A stretch of DNA of 62,799 nt, the filler included, from Candidatus Fermentibacterota bacterium (GTDB lineage Bacteria; JAFGKV01): NCBI GenBank assembly GCA_016928395.1. It is 5 parts of 5 records of this genome, joined end to end, with 100 filler letters (N's around TTAATTAATTAA, not from the genome) between each part and the next. Parts side by side here need not be neighbours in the genome. Positions count along the whole stretch, not along the records: positions 19,736 to 31,717 come from JAFGKV010000162.1; positions 31,818 to 41,184 come from JAFGKV010000163.1; 3 more parts are not named here. One strand, written 5' to 3'. This document shows positions 31,001 to 41,284 of this stretch, one piece after another. The notes below the pieces were generated by a model. The model did not search any database, had not been told where the DNA came from, and saw only the letters and a list, made by a program, of their open reading frames with translations. The position numbers were made by a program, and so were the translations under genes. Position 1 is the first letter of the stretch. The number at the start of each line of letters is the position of its first letter.

Positions 31001-31071
31001 CCGCGGAGGCTCTCGCCTCGCCGAGACGACCACGCCGCAGTGCTGTTCAGCTCGAGCTGGACCTGTGGTGA
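28069..31071 (+). CDS. Endonuclease Q/PHP domain fused to UvrD/REP SF1 helicase
   Basis: ADLHVHGRHS, SNSDAHS, GKYHLDGHRAC, GYDGEYG; AGPGSGKT, VDEFQD, GDPYQAIYGFRG, TMHAAKGLEF, EERRLCYVAMTRA. Confidence 0.9.
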   Translation: MRIVADLHVHGRHSVATSRALSLESLYGWSVRKGIDLVGTGDIVHPAWRGEARELLVPAEDGLFQLDPRRTGAIDIGRVPRRPVRFMLAVEISTIYSDGGRVRKVHHLVLLPSFDAADTLSDALSGIGSISSDGRPILGLSSRNLLETVLECDPKAVLIPAHIWTPWFSALGSKSGYDTIDECYGDLSPHIFAIETGLSSDPAMNWRLSSLDRFAIISNSDAHSAEKLGREATVFECDFSFDGICGTMRGKGGAIESTVEFFPEEGKYHLDGHRACRVRLEPRETRRHGGRCPTCGKPVTVGVMHRVEELADRAGGFRHPKRPGFVRLVPLVEVLGQVLGVGPSTRCVRRAYDHLLGALGCEFSILMDASPDDLERLGGDRLAEAVVNIRAGRVITEAGYDGEYGTVHVLVPEPEAVDAPVVAAQLDLVLTDAPAVRMKEGQRSIIAAPDRSLAVIAGPGSGKTHLLTQRMAQAVTRGDAPVIGITFTRAASRELEARLRSTSSHHDSLWTGTLHQFAHELLCRSGEEPDVLDDRQRAAMLQYALHREGYTVSFYRALRLTQRASALRHGTQRPESSSVSDGMLMETYQRTKENARAMDYDDLIDRAIARAAQPGVTTAAHVFVDEFQDLDAAQYRLVQRMARGPSIMVIGDPYQAIYGFRGGDPRLSERFIRETAHTRVEHLTSSYRCGETILRAADGVARRDPAMTSARGEPAMVEVLRAGSPAKEARMIAGRVREVLGGLTSRDTPSGQTPWAAGFGDIAVLVRTSHMIGLFVKALAEVGIPCRSARATALSEDPAVSRVLAWLRLGLNPESPADVLIARAWRPGDALPAGLGLSERKEVEELALVSTAEALDRLALRGISVGVDADRMRILRRLAEECPRVSSFVTRVMSEREAGVVDGRAEAVRVMTMHAAKGLEFGAVFVTGFREGLLPLCGSDPEEERRLCYVAMTRARSYLALTYAGEVSQISRFAGDIPAEALASPRRPRRSAVQLELDLW

Positions 31072-31090
31072 GAGAGAATCACATACACCC

Positions 31091-31119
31091 TTGACACAGG
31101 TGATCAGGGAGTGTAAAGT
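31091..31119 (+). promoter_or_regulatory. Sigma70 promoter of tRNA-tuf operon
   Basis: TTGACA-17 nt-TAAAGT. Confidence 0.7.
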
Positions 31120-31164
31120 GAAGGGCTGTCCGTTTTCTGGCTGTCTCTGGGGCCTCGCTGGTGC

Positions 31165-31241
31165 GCTGGCGTAGCTCAATCCGGTAGAGCAGCTGACTTG
31201 TAATCAGCAGGTTGTAGGTTCAAGTCCTATCGCCAGCTCCA
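31165..31241 (+). tRNA. tRNA-Thr(UGU)
   Basis: Cloverleaf, anticodon loop CTTGTAA, GTTCAA T-loop, encoded CCA. Confidence 0.95.
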
Positions 31242-31264
31242 TGGCCGGCTGGGTACTCTCTTGT

Positions 31265-31350
31265 GGGGGGGTTCCCGAGTGGTCAAAGGGGGCAGACTGT
31301 AAATCTGTTGGCTGACGCCTTCGAAGGTTCGAATCCTTCCCCCCCCACCA
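31265..31350 (+). tRNA. tRNA-Tyr(GUA)
   Basis: Anticodon loop CTGTAAA, long variable arm, GTTCGAAT, CCA. Confidence 0.95.
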
Positions 31351-31377
31351 CACATTTTTCGCAGACGCCAGCGCGTT

Positions 31378-31455
<78 letters not shown>

Positions 31456-31501
31456 CCCAGGGCGAGCCGAGACGGACGGCGTTTTCATGAGGCCTGTCGA
31501 G

Positions 31502-31578
31502 GCCCACGTAGCTCAGCTCGGTAGAGCACGTCCTTGGTAAGGACGGGGTCACCGGTTCAAGTCCGGTCGTGGGCTCCA
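31502..31578 (+). tRNA. tRNA-Thr(GGU)
   Basis: Anticodon loop TTGGTAA, GTTCAA, CCA. Confidence 0.95.
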
Positions 31579-31643
31579 GGTATGTGAGGTACTTCACGGT
31601 AGGGTAGCTTTAGGCGCGCAACCCCAAGACGGAGGTCACGGAG

Positions 31644-31717
31644 ATGGCCCGAGCGAAGTTTGAGAGGCGCAAGCCGCACGTCAATGTGGGGACGATAGGG
31701 CACATAGATCATGGGAA
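31644..31717 (+). CDS. tuf: Elongation factor Tu, 5' fragment cut by contig end
   Basis: [24 protein letters not shown] after the canonical Thr-Tyr-Gly-Thr tRNA cluster. Confidence 0.95.
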
Positions 31718-31817
31718 NNNNNNNNNNNNNNNNNNNNNNNNNNNNNNNNNNNNNNNNNNNNTTAATTAATTAANNNNNNNNNNNNNNNNNNNNNNNNNNN
31801 NNNNNNNNNNNNNNNNN
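31718..31817. other. Artificial contig-joining linker
   Basis: N-run/TTAATTAATTAA/N-run. Confidence 0.97.
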
Positions 31818-32055
31818 ACTTTAGACGGCCTTGACGTCTGTTAGTGTACAGGCGAGATCCTCCGTGGCCAAAGTCACCAGCAGGGCTCGGCTCCGGGTCG
31901 TTGAGGAACCTCACCGCCAGACTTGCTGTATGTCTTTCCAGTACAGACTCTTCGCGGGTCTCCAGGCGGTGATCGGGAGCTTCGGGCCGGGCATCGCCGC
32001 TCCAGACAACCCAGACAGCATGAACGACACACGGATACGGCCCAGGAGGGACGCC

Positions 32056-33048
32056 ATGGATAGTGATATTCGCAAGACTGGCGACTTGGTCAAGGAACGT
32101 ATTGAGCTTCTCGGGAGGATTCGGGCCAATGTGGCCTCGGTGATCGTGGGGCAGGCAAAGCTCATCGACGGATTGCTCATCGGCCTGCTGACGCGGGGCC
32201 ATCTCTTGCTCGAAGGCGTACCCGGTCTGGCCAAGACCCTCACCGTCAGCACCCTGGCCAGCAGTATCGACGTTAAGTTCCAGCGCATTCAGTTCACACC
32301 GGACATGCTGCCCGCCGACATCGTGGGTACGACTGTTTTCGATCCAAAGGAAGGCGTGTTCTACCCCCGCAAAGGCCCCATCTTCGCGAATCTCATTTTA
32401 GCCGATGAGATCAATCGGGCGCCGGCCAAGGTGCAGAGCGCTTTGCTGGAGGCGATGCAGGAGCGCGCGGTGACCATCCAGGATCAAACGTTCCTGCTGG
32501 AAGAGCCGTTCCTGGTGCTGGCGACACAGAATCCTATCGAACAGGAGGGCACCTACCCGCTCCCGGAGGCCCAGGTGGATCGGTTCATGCTGAAGCTGGG
32601 TGTGGGCTACCCCGGGAAGGACGAGGAGAAGGAGATTCTGAAGCGCATGGGGATGGTGAAGCCCGACGTGTCGGTTCACCCGGTGGCGACGAAGGAGGAT
32701 ATCCTAACCGCTCGAGACGTGCTGGACATGGTCTATGTCGACGACAAGGTCATGGGCTATGTGGTCGATGTCGTCAGCGCGACCCGCGATCCCGAGAAGT
32801 ACGGCATCAACGACATGACCGGCCTCATCCGTTATGGCGCATCTCCCCGGGCGGGCATTCATCTGCTGCTGGCAGCCAAGGGGCATGCCGTGCTGGCAGG
32901 CCGGGGCTACGTGACGCCGGCCGACGTCAAGGCCATGGCCATGGACGCCTTGCGTCACCGCGTCATCCCGACCTACGAAGCCGAAGCCGAGGAACTTACC
33001 TCCGAGGATCTCGTCCAGAGGGTACTGGACAATGTGGCGGTGCCGTGA
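32056..33048 (+). CDS. moxR: MoxR family AAA+ ATPase
   Basis: EGVPGLAKT, RIQFTPD, DEINRAPAKVQSALLEAM, ATQNPIEQEGTYPLPEAQ; RBS AGGAGG. Confidence 0.95.
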   Translation: MDSDIRKTGDLVKERIELLGRIRANVASVIVGQAKLIDGLLIGLLTRGHLLLEGVPGLAKTLTVSTLASSIDVKFQRIQFTPDMLPADIVGTTVFDPKEGVFYPRKGPIFANLILADEINRAPAKVQSALLEAMQERAVTIQDQTFLLEEPFLVLATQNPIEQEGTYPLPEAQVDRFMLKLGVGYPGKDEEKEILKRMGMVKPDVSVHPVATKEDILTARDVLDMVYVDDKVMGYVVDVVSATRDPEKYGINDMTGLIRYGASPRAGIHLLLAAKGHAVLAGRGYVTPADVKAMAMDALRHRVIPTYEAEAEELTSEDLVQRVLDNVAVP

Positions 33049-33069
33049 GGCCTGCCACGAAGTGGCAGG

Positions 33070-33119
33070 CTATCAGCTATCGGCTGTCAGCTGTCAGCTG
33101 TCGGCTGTCGGCTATCGGC
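33070..33119 (+). repeat. Tandem heptamer repeat CTRTCRG x7
   Basis: ctatcag-ctatcgg-ctgtcag-ctgtcag-ctgtcgg-ctgtcgg-ctatcgg. Confidence 0.9.
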
Positions 33120-33159
33120 CCGGCGCTACCAGATTCTGCCATGAAGGGATAGCGAGACA

Positions 33160-33552
33160 ATGCAGGACTTCAGCAAGCTTCGAGTGTGGCAACACGGTCA
33201 TGAACTAGTGTTGCGAATCTACCAGGCCACGCGTCACTTCCCTCCAGATGAGCTCTACGGCTTGACGAGTCAGTTGCGTCGAGCTGGCATTTCCATACCA
33301 TCCAACATCGCTGAAGGTTGTGGTCGATCCAGCGATGCTGACTTCGCGAGGTGCCTGCATGTGGCAATGGGATCGGCCTGCGAAGTCGAATACCAGCTTC
33401 TCCTCGCGTCCGACTTGGGCTACCTGAGCAGAGAGGCCTTTGATGACCTGACCCGAGGAACGATTGAGGTGAAGCAGCAGCTTGCGTCGCTCCTGACACG
33501 TCTCAAGGGTACCGGAAAGGCAAAAACGGCGAAGGAGTCAGCCAGCCAATGA
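33160..33552 (+). CDS. Four helix bundle protein (23S rRNA IVS protein/TIGR02436-like)
   Basis: DFSKLRVWQ, FPPDELYGLTSQLRRA, SIPSNIAEG, GSACE. Confidence 0.92.
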   Translation: MQDFSKLRVWQHGHELVLRIYQATRHFPPDELYGLTSQLRRAGISIPSNIAEGCGRSSDADFARCLHVAMGSACEVEYQLLLASDLGYLSREAFDDLTRGTIEVKQQLASLLTRLKGTGKAKTAKESASQ

Positions 33553-33636
33553 GCGTTCTGGCAGCAAACGCCCTATCTATCAAGCCTGTATTCCTCAGGA
33601 TTGAGGGGGGTTGCCACTCTTCGTCAGGGCTTCATG

Positions 33637-33667
33637 AGCCGAGAGCCGAGAGCCGAGAGCCGAGAGC
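33637..33667 (+). repeat. Tandem heptamer repeat GAGCCGA x4+
   Basis: gagccga gagccga gagccga gagccga gag. Confidence 0.85.
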
Positions 33668-33672
33668 GTAGA

Positions 33673-34547
<875 letters not shown>

Positions 34548-34548
<1 letters not shown>

Positions 34549-35516
34549 TGCGTTGGGGATTCCTCGTTCTGGCAGTATTCCTCGCGTGTGATGGAGGCCA
34601 GGGTCTCCGCGAGGAGATCCAGTGGAAGCGCTCTTTCACCTATGGATCTCCACCTGTTCAGCTCACCGTGAACCTGGGCGAGGATTCCCTCACCGCCGCA
34701 TCCACGCTGCACGTTGAGCTGGTTCTCGAGGCAGCGTCCGCGGTTCGCGCGCGCCTTCCAGATTCCATCCCGCTGGAGGGGCTCCTGGTTCGTTCCGCGT
34801 CGGCGAGTCCTCCCGAACCCATGCCTGACGGGGGCCATCGGGAGCGCACGCGCGTGGTGCTGGAGCCCATGCTGCCCGGCACGGCGGCCATCGGCCCCAT
34901 CGTCGCATCCTACGAGCAGCAGGAGGGTGAGCAGTGGATCGCGCACCGGCTCCAGACGAGCCGGATCGACGTGCATGTGGCGTCTTTGGGAGTGCCCGAG
35001 CAGGGGCCCATCGAGTTCAAGGCCCCCCGAGGTCCAGCATGGCCGCACACGAACATCCTGCCCTATGTCATCGCCGGGATGGTGTGCCTGGTCGCAGTGT
35101 TCGGTCTCGCCTATTGGGCTTCTCTGAGACGCGCGCGCAAAGCCGCGGAGCCCATCCCGCCACATCGTCTCGCCCTGCGGGAGCTGAGAGACCTGGAGCA
35201 CCGAGATCTCGTTCGGCGCGGTGAGTTGCTGCGCTTCTACGGCGAACTGACCGACATCATCCGCCACTACCTCGATCGCGGGTTCGACATCCCCGCCCCC
35301 GATCTCACCACCGAGGAGGTGACGCAAAGGCTCCGCTCTGTCGAACGCCTCAGGGTCGAACCGACGTCACAGATACGAACTCTGCTGGATGAAGCGGATC
35401 TGGTGAAATTCGCCAAGTTCGAGCCTGCCCGTGAGACGGCCGAAGAACGCCTCGCGGGCGCTAAGGCCTTCGTCCGAGCCACGGCGCCGCAGGAGGAGCA
35501 GCCCAGTGCAGTGTGA
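34548..35516 (+). CDS. Bat-operon single-pass membrane protein
   Basis: Signal peptide, TM, FYGELTDIIRHYL, ADLVKFAK; operon position. Confidence 0.7.
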
Positions 35517-36534
35517 GCCCATGTCGCTTCGCGCCGCCATCATGTTGGCCGCCATCATAGTGCCGCTGGTGGCCTGGCGGATGTTCAGACGGCAAAGGGC
35601 AGCGGTGACCCTTTCGACGACGCCGCTCTTGGCAGCGGGTCCCAAGGGGCTTCGGGGCCGGCTGTACCGCACGCCTGACGTGCTGAGACTCCTGGCACTG
35701 ATCGCGCTGCTAGTGGCCCTGGCCCGACCCCGAGAAGGGGAGGAAAGCGTGCACGTGAGCAGCGAAGGCGTGGCCATCATGATGCTGGTCGACCGGTCAA
35801 CGTCCATGGACTCTCCCATGCAGATCGTCGACAAGGACACGCTCTCGAGGTTGGACATGGTGAAACGGGTGTTCAAGGCATTCGTACTGGGGGGCGACGG
35901 TCTTCCGGGCCGGCCCAATGACCTCGTGGGCCTCTCCACCTTCGCCATGTTCGGTGAGCAGAACTGCCCGCTGACCCTGGATCGGGATGGCTTGGCTCTC
36001 TTCATCGACGGTATCACCCTGGCAACGCCGGTGGAAGATCGCACCGCCATCGGAGACGGGCTCCGCCACGCGGCCTTGAGCCTCATTGCCGCCACTGCCC
36101 GCACACCAGCAAAGAGCAAGTTCATCATCCTGCTGAGCGACGGGGAACAGAACGCCGGAGAACTAACGCCCGAGGAGGGTGCCCGTATGGCGGCCTCCCA
36201 TGGCATCAAAGTCCACTGCATCTTCGTATCATCGCCGATGGGCGCCCGGCAGTATGTCGATTTCTTCGGCCGGGTGATGCAGATCCCTACCGAGGTGTCC
36301 ACCGGGGACGAGCTGAAGGAGGTGGCGTCCATCACGGGTGGCACGTTCTCGGAAGCGACCGACGGGAAGTCGCTTCTCGAGATCACCCGTCGTATCGATC
36401 AGGAGGAGAAGACGGAGATACGACAGAAAGTGGTCCGTTACAGAGAGCGGTTCGGTCTGCCGTTGGTGATCGGCATCGCACTGCTGGGAATCGAACTTCT
36501 CTTTCGCGCCACCATGTTCCTCCGCATTCCGTGA
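35506..36534 (+). CDS. batA: VWA domain protein BatA-like
   Basis: ALARP, DRSTSM MIDAS, TAIGDGL, LLSDGEQNAG. Confidence 0.8.
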   Translation: MQCEPMSLRAAIMLAAIIVPLVAWRMFRRQRAAVTLSTTPLLAAGPKGLRGRLYRTPDVLRLLALIALLVALARPREGEESVHVSSEGVAIMMLVDRSTSMDSPMQIVDKDTLSRLDMVKRVFKAFVLGGDGLPGRPNDLVGLSTFAMFGEQNCPLTLDRDGLALFIDGITLATPVEDRTAIGDGLRHAALSLIAATARTPAKSKFIILLSDGEQNAGELTPEEGARMAASHGIKVHCIFVSSPMGARQYVDFFGRVMQIPTEVSTGDELKEVASITGGTFSEATDGKSLLEITRRIDQEEKTEIRQKVVRYRERFGLPLVIGIALLGIELLFRATMFLRIP

Positions 36535-36543
36535 GAACCGACT

Positions 36544-37554
36544 ATGGAAGCATTCTTTCGATTTCTGCGCCCTGACCTGGCCTTTCTGCTGTTCTGTGTG
36601 CCGCTGTTCGTGGCCTTGCGGGTCTGGGCTGTCCGCCGCAGTGTCCGCCGAATAGAGACGCTGGCCGCGATCCAGACCAGGTGGAGGATCGCACCGCGCA
36701 TGTCACCCGGCAGACGGTTCACGGCTATCCTGCTCCTTGCCATGGCGACGGCCATGCTGGCCGCCGCTGCCATGCGTCCGCAGGGTGACCCGAGCAGACT
36801 GGAAGTGATGGCCAAGGGCCGCGACGTGGTGTTCCTCGTTGACGTGTCGAGGAGCATGCTGGCCCAGGACCTGCGGCCCAGCCGTCTTGAGCGTTCGATT
36901 CTGGCCATCAAGGAACTGCTTCCCTCGCTCAGGGGTGATCGGGTGGCGCTGGTCGTGTTCGCGGGGAACGCCGCACTGAAGTGCCCCTTGACCCTTGACT
37001 ACGCGTTCCTCCGCGCCATCCTCGATGGGGTGGGTCCGGATGACGTGAGCCAGGGCGGAACCAGTGTCGGAGACGCCCTGCGCATCACGGCTGATCGGGT
37101 TCTCAAGGTGGACGAAGCAGCCTACCAGGACATCATCCTGATCTCCGATGGAGAGGACCAGGAATCCTTTGCCCTGGAGGCTGCCAAGGAGTTGGCGGTA
37201 CGGGGTGTCCGGATCCACGCCGTCGGCGTCGGGAGCCTCGAAGGGGCCCGCATTCCAGACCCCGATCGTCCAGGAACCTATCTGACCTATCAGGGAGAGA
37301 CCGTGCATTCGGCCTTGAACGAGAGCCTGCTTCGCAGCATCGCCGAAGTAACGCCGGGAGGGAGCTATCTGCCCGCCCGGGCGGGCAACCTGGAGCTCGT
37401 CTCACTCTATCGCGACGTGATCTCCCAGGAGGAGGAGCGAACCATGCAGACCGGCATGCGTCTGCAGTGGCGCGAGTGGTTCCAGGCGCCGCTCTTGCTG
37501 GGTATGCTGCTGCTCGCGGGGGAAGCGCTCGTGCGGGGGACCTGGAATGTCTGA
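36544..37554 (+). CDS. batB: VWA domain protein BatB-like
   Basis: DVSRSMLAQD, PLTLDY, ISDGED, GVGSLEG. Confidence 0.82.
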   Translation: MEAFFRFLRPDLAFLLFCVPLFVALRVWAVRRSVRRIETLAAIQTRWRIAPRMSPGRRFTAILLLAMATAMLAAAAMRPQGDPSRLEVMAKGRDVVFLVDVSRSMLAQDLRPSRLERSILAIKELLPSLRGDRVALVVFAGNAALKCPLTLDYAFLRAILDGVGPDDVSQGGTSVGDALRITADRVLKVDEAAYQDIILISDGEDQESFALEAAKELAVRGVRIHAVGVGSLEGARIPDPDRPGTYLTYQGETVHSALNESLLRSIAEVTPGGSYLPARAGNLELVSLYRDVISQEEERTMQTGMRLQWREWFQAPLLLGMLLLAGEALVRGTWNV

Positions 37555-38572
37555 TTCGAGTCTGAGCCGTGGCCTTCCGCGGGTCGTAGGTGTGGTCGTT
37601 GCGGTGCACCTCCTGCTCGGCGGCGCCACCTTCGGCGCAACGGTGGAAGACGCATTGCGAGCCAGGGAAGAGCAGGGACCAAACACGGCCGCCGCCATCC
37701 TCGAGGAGTTGTGGCGCCAGGACTCAGGCAACCTTGAGGCCGGCTACAACTTGGGGCTGTGCCTCTTGGAGTCCGGCGCGATTGACAGCGCGTCAACGGT
37801 GCTCGATGCCGTCGCGCAGCACAAGGCTATCCATCCTACCATGCGCCGTGATGCGCTGTACAATCTAGGCCTTGCCCGGGCCCTGGGCGCCCAGCAGCTC
37901 CAGCAGATGCGGCCCGCCCAGGCCAAGGAGCTGTACGGCAAGGCAATACAAAGCTTCCGGGATGCACTGTCCGGGCCTGCCGACACCAATCTGACCGCCG
38001 ATGCCGGGTACAATATCGAGGCGGCATGGCGTCTCCTGGCGCAGTTGGAGCAGCAGATGCAGCAGCAGTCGTCCTCGGGTATGGACTCGCTGGCGCAGCA
38101 GCTGCAGGACCTCACAGAGCAACAGCAGAATCTTCAGCAGCAGACACAGAAGAGCCCACAGCCGCAGGAACTCCACGACGAACAGCAGGACCTCCAGCAG
38201 CAGGCGCAGGATATGGCAGAACAGATGCGTCGCAAGGGCCTCGAGAAGCCGGCCGAAGACGTGCAACAGGCCGAGCAGGCACAAGCCGAGGCCGCAGAAC
38301 AGCTCTCCCAAGGGAATCCGCAGGGAGCGACTGAGCGGCAAGACCAGGCCCTCGACCATCTGCGGGATGCCATAGCTGCGCTCTTGGGGCAGGACCAGCA
38401 GGGCGCGCCGCCGGACAGCACCGAAGCGCGGAAGGCCGCCGAGGAGCTGGCCAAAATCAATCGTGATGCCGAAAAGCAGCGGCAGCAGCGTGAGGCCGAG
38501 CTGCGGAAGGACCCACGATACCGACCGAAACCGGCGACGACCGGGCGGGTCGAAGTGGAGAAGAACTGGTGA
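37547..38572 (+). CDS. TPR protein with Gln-rich tail, BatC-like
   Basis: YNLG repeats, Q-rich coiled coil, C-terminal EKNW. Confidence 0.75.
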   Translation: MSDSSLSRGLPRVVGVVVAVHLLLGGATFGATVEDALRAREEQGPNTAAAILEELWRQDSGNLEAGYNLGLCLLESGAIDSASTVLDAVAQHKAIHPTMRRDALYNLGLARALGAQQLQQMRPAQAKELYGKAIQSFRDALSGPADTNLTADAGYNIEAAWRLLAQLEQQMQQQSSSGMDSLAQQLQDLTEQQQNLQQQTQKSPQPQELHDEQQDLQQQAQDMAEQMRRKGLEKPAEDVQQAEQAQAEAAEQLSQGNPQGATERQDQALDHLRDAIAALLGQDQQGAPPDSTEARKAAEELAKINRDAEKQRQQREAELRKDPRYRPKPATTGRVEVEKNW

Positions 38573-40386
38573 TCAAACCGGCGTGGCATCCGGCGTCGGG
38601 ATCAGCATCTATCCGATGGGTCCTGGCGTGTGTGGCTGCGGTTCTTGCCGCCCTTCCGTGCAAAGCAGCGCCCACGGCCGATGTGAGGCTGCAGAAGACC
38701 GTCGTCGGCGTAGGTGAGACCACTGCGTTGGAGATCGTCGTAACCGGCACTGCGGAAGCCACGGTCACGGCGACGTTGCCTGCCGTGAGTGGCCTCCGCG
38801 TGTCCGGGCCTCAGACAAGCCGCATGAGCCAAACGACCATCATCAACGGCCGCCAGGAAAGCTCCATCACCACGACTCTGTCATACCAGGTGACGGCGCT
38901 GCACAGCGGGCAGTTCACCATTCCCGCGTTTGAGGTGCAGGTCGACGGGGCGAAGACCACGGTCGGACCCCTGCGGCTGCGAGCCGAGGAGAGCCCTCAG
39001 AGCGCCGCCATCAGGCTCCGCACGACCATTGATGACCGGTCGCCATTCGTGCAACAGCCGCTCACCTATCGGGTCACGTGGTCTGTCGCCGACGAAATCC
39101 ACGGGTACGATCTGACCATCCCCGCTTTGGATGAACGCCACGACTACCTGGTCCACGTACTCACCCCGTCGAGTGCCCGTACGCAGGACCTCGTGATACA
39201 CAAGGCAACGCACAAGGCCGCCGTCGGCAAGGAAACCCTGGACGGCGCCGACTACACGACCTTCACCATCACCGCCCGAATCTACCCGTTGCGCGAGGGG
39301 TCGATCGTGCTGCCTGCCCCGCTCGTCCGCGCAGCAGTGCAGCAGGGGTGGGAGGTGGTGCGAGATTTCTTCTTCGCGGAGCGCCGGCCCAAGCTCGTGA
39401 CCATGACCGCGGTGGGAGAGCAGTTCACGCTGGCCGTGCGTGCGCTACCCTCCGAAGGTCGTCCCCGGGGCTTTGGCGGAGCGGTCGGCCGCTACTCCTT
39501 CTTGGTGAGTGCATCGGACACCGTGGCGCGCGTGGGGGACCCGATTCGGCTTACCATGAAGGTGCGGGGCAGCGGGCTGCTGTCACAGGTGCCGCGACCC
39601 GAACTGGGGGCACTGGCCGAAGTGACAAAGGACTTTACGGTGCTCGGCACCCTCGAACCGGGCGAGGTCTCCGGTGATCAGGTCGTGTTCGAGGAGATCG
39701 TCAGGCCAAAGACCGCCGACGTGAAGCAGTTTCCCTCGATCCCTCTTGCCTACTTCGATCCCTCAAAGGAGGAGTACCACACCGCATGGTCCGATCCCAT
39801 CCCGTTGCGCGTGATGGCCGCGCCGGACGTAGGGCCTGTAGAGGCCTTCGGTGCGCGTGATGCCTCGGCACGAACACCATCCGAGGCAGCGGGCGGGTTG
39901 CGAGCTCCCTACCGCGGCCCGCGACTCACCGATACTCCCGGCGATCCGTGGTCACCTTTGATCTACCTTCTGGCGGCCCCTGTAGCGTATGGCGTACTCT
40001 TCGCCGGGATGACGGTGCGGCGCCGCGTTCTCAGGGATGCCGCGGGGTGGTCGCGACGAAGCGCCGTCTTTGGGTTCGACAAGGATCTGGCCCGGCTCAA
40101 GAAGACGGCGAGACAGGAAGGCGATGCGTTCTATGCGGATCTCGCCGACCTCTGTGCACGGCAGGCGGCGGCGCGACTGGGCGTGTCCTCTGCAGAGATC
40201 ACGCCCCACGACGTGCCTCGCCTGGTGGGCGATGGCACGCTCTCGCAGGAGTCTGGAGCCCGGCTCGAGGGTCTTCTGGAGGAGATCGACCACGCGCGTT
40301 TCTCCCCTCATTCCACCGAAGCAGCAGCGAGACTCGCCATCCTGGAGCGTGCGCGAACCGTTCTCAAGGGGGTGAAGAGGCCATGA
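38569..40386 (+). CDS. batD: BatD family protein
   Basis: TIING, GQFTIPAF, FGGAVGRY, YFDP. Confidence 0.82.
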   Translation: MIKPAWHPASGSASIRWVLACVAAVLAALPCKAAPTADVRLQKTVVGVGETTALEIVVTGTAEATVTATLPAVSGLRVSGPQTSRMSQTTIINGRQESSITTTLSYQVTALHSGQFTIPAFEVQVDGAKTTVGPLRLRAEESPQSAAIRLRTTIDDRSPFVQQPLTYRVTWSVADEIHGYDLTIPALDERHDYLVHVLTPSSARTQDLVIHKATHKAAVGKETLDGADYTTFTITARIYPLREGSIVLPAPLVRAAVQQGWEVVRDFFFAERRPKLVTMTAVGEQFTLAVRALPSEGRPRGFGGAVGRYSFLVSASDTVARVGDPIRLTMKVRGSGLLSQVPRPELGALAEVTKDFTVLGTLEPGEVSGDQVVFEEIVRPKTADVKQFPSIPLAYFDPSKEEYHTAWSDPIPLRVMAAPDVGPVEAFGARDASARTPSEAAGGLRAPYRGPRLTDTPGDPWSPLIYLLAAPVAYGVLFAGMTVRRRVLRDAAGWSRRSAVFGFDKDLARLKKTARQEGDAFYADLADLCARQAAARLGVSSAEITPHDVPRLVGDGTLSQESGARLEGLLEEIDHARFSPHSTEAAARLAILERARTVLKGVKRP

Positions 40387-41156
40387 TCGCCGCCGTTGTG
40401 GCACTCTCTGTGGCTGTCTTTGCCGCGGGCAGTGATGTGACCTCGATGCTCGCTCTGGCCGATTCGGCGTATCATGAGGCATTGGCATCGGAGGGAATGG
40501 ACCGCACGATTCTGGCCCAGCGGTCGGCCGCCGTGTTGGAGCAGGTGGCAACGGGCAAAGGCCGATGGAACGGCCACGTGCTGTACAACCTTGGTACCGC
40601 CTACCATCTTGCGGGAGACCTGGGCCGCGCCGTACTGAACTACCGAAAGGCCCAGCGGCTCCTCCGCGGACTCCCCGACCTGGAGGCGAATCTCGAGCTG
40701 GCTCTGGCCCAGCGTCGGGATCGAATCGAGCCGGGGCAGCGGGAGGAGATCTTCCGGGCGTTATTCTTCTGGCACCATCTGCTCTCCCCCGCGGCACGCC
40801 GGTGGGTTTTCGCTGGGAGTTTCCTCGTCTTCTGGCTCGTGCTGGCGCTGAATGTGTTCCGGCGCACAGGGATCGCGACCGCCATCGCATGGTGTGCCGC
40901 GGCCATCGCCATGGCGCTGGGTCTCTCGGTGGGCAGCGACTTCATGGCCGGTATCCGGAAGGATCATGGCGTCATCGTGGCCCAAGAGGCCACTGCGCGC
41001 ACCGGGCCCGGGGCGAGCTATGCCTCAGCCTATGAGGGCGGCCTGCACGCGGGAACCGAGACCCGCATCGTGGAACATGAAGCCGGGTGGTTCCGCGTTC
41101 GCCTCATCGACGGATCGGAATGCTGGCTCCCCGAAGGCAGCGTCGAGCGGTACTGA
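40383..41156 (+). CDS. BatE-like TPR/SH3 protein
   Basis: YNLGTAY...GRAVLNYRKA, TM pair, SH3b tail LHAGTE...GWFRVRL. Confidence 0.78.
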   Translation: MIAAVVALSVAVFAAGSDVTSMLALADSAYHEALASEGMDRTILAQRSAAVLEQVATGKGRWNGHVLYNLGTAYHLAGDLGRAVLNYRKAQRLLRGLPDLEANLELALAQRRDRIEPGQREEIFRALFFWHHLLSPAARRWVFAGSFLVFWLVLALNVFRRTGIATAIAWCAAAIAMALGLSVGSDFMAGIRKDHGVIVAQEATARTGPGASYASAYEGGLHAGTETRIVEHEAGWFRVRLIDGSECWLPEGSVERY

Positions 41157-41184
41157 GGGAGCTGCAATGGAATGATGGATGGAT

Positions 41185-41284
41185 NNNNNNNNNNNNNNNN
41201 NNNNNNNNNNNNNNNNNNNNNNNNNNNNTTAATTAATTAANNNNNNNNNNNNNNNNNNNNNNNNNNNNNNNNNNNNNNNNNNNN
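41185..41284. other. Artificial contig-joining linker
   Basis: N-run/TTAATTAATTAA/N-run. Confidence 0.97.

Noticed and set aside
33160-33552. Diversity-generating retroelement (Avd-like protein)
   Set aside because: No reverse transcriptase or TR/VR pair with adenine-specific mismatches on this contig.
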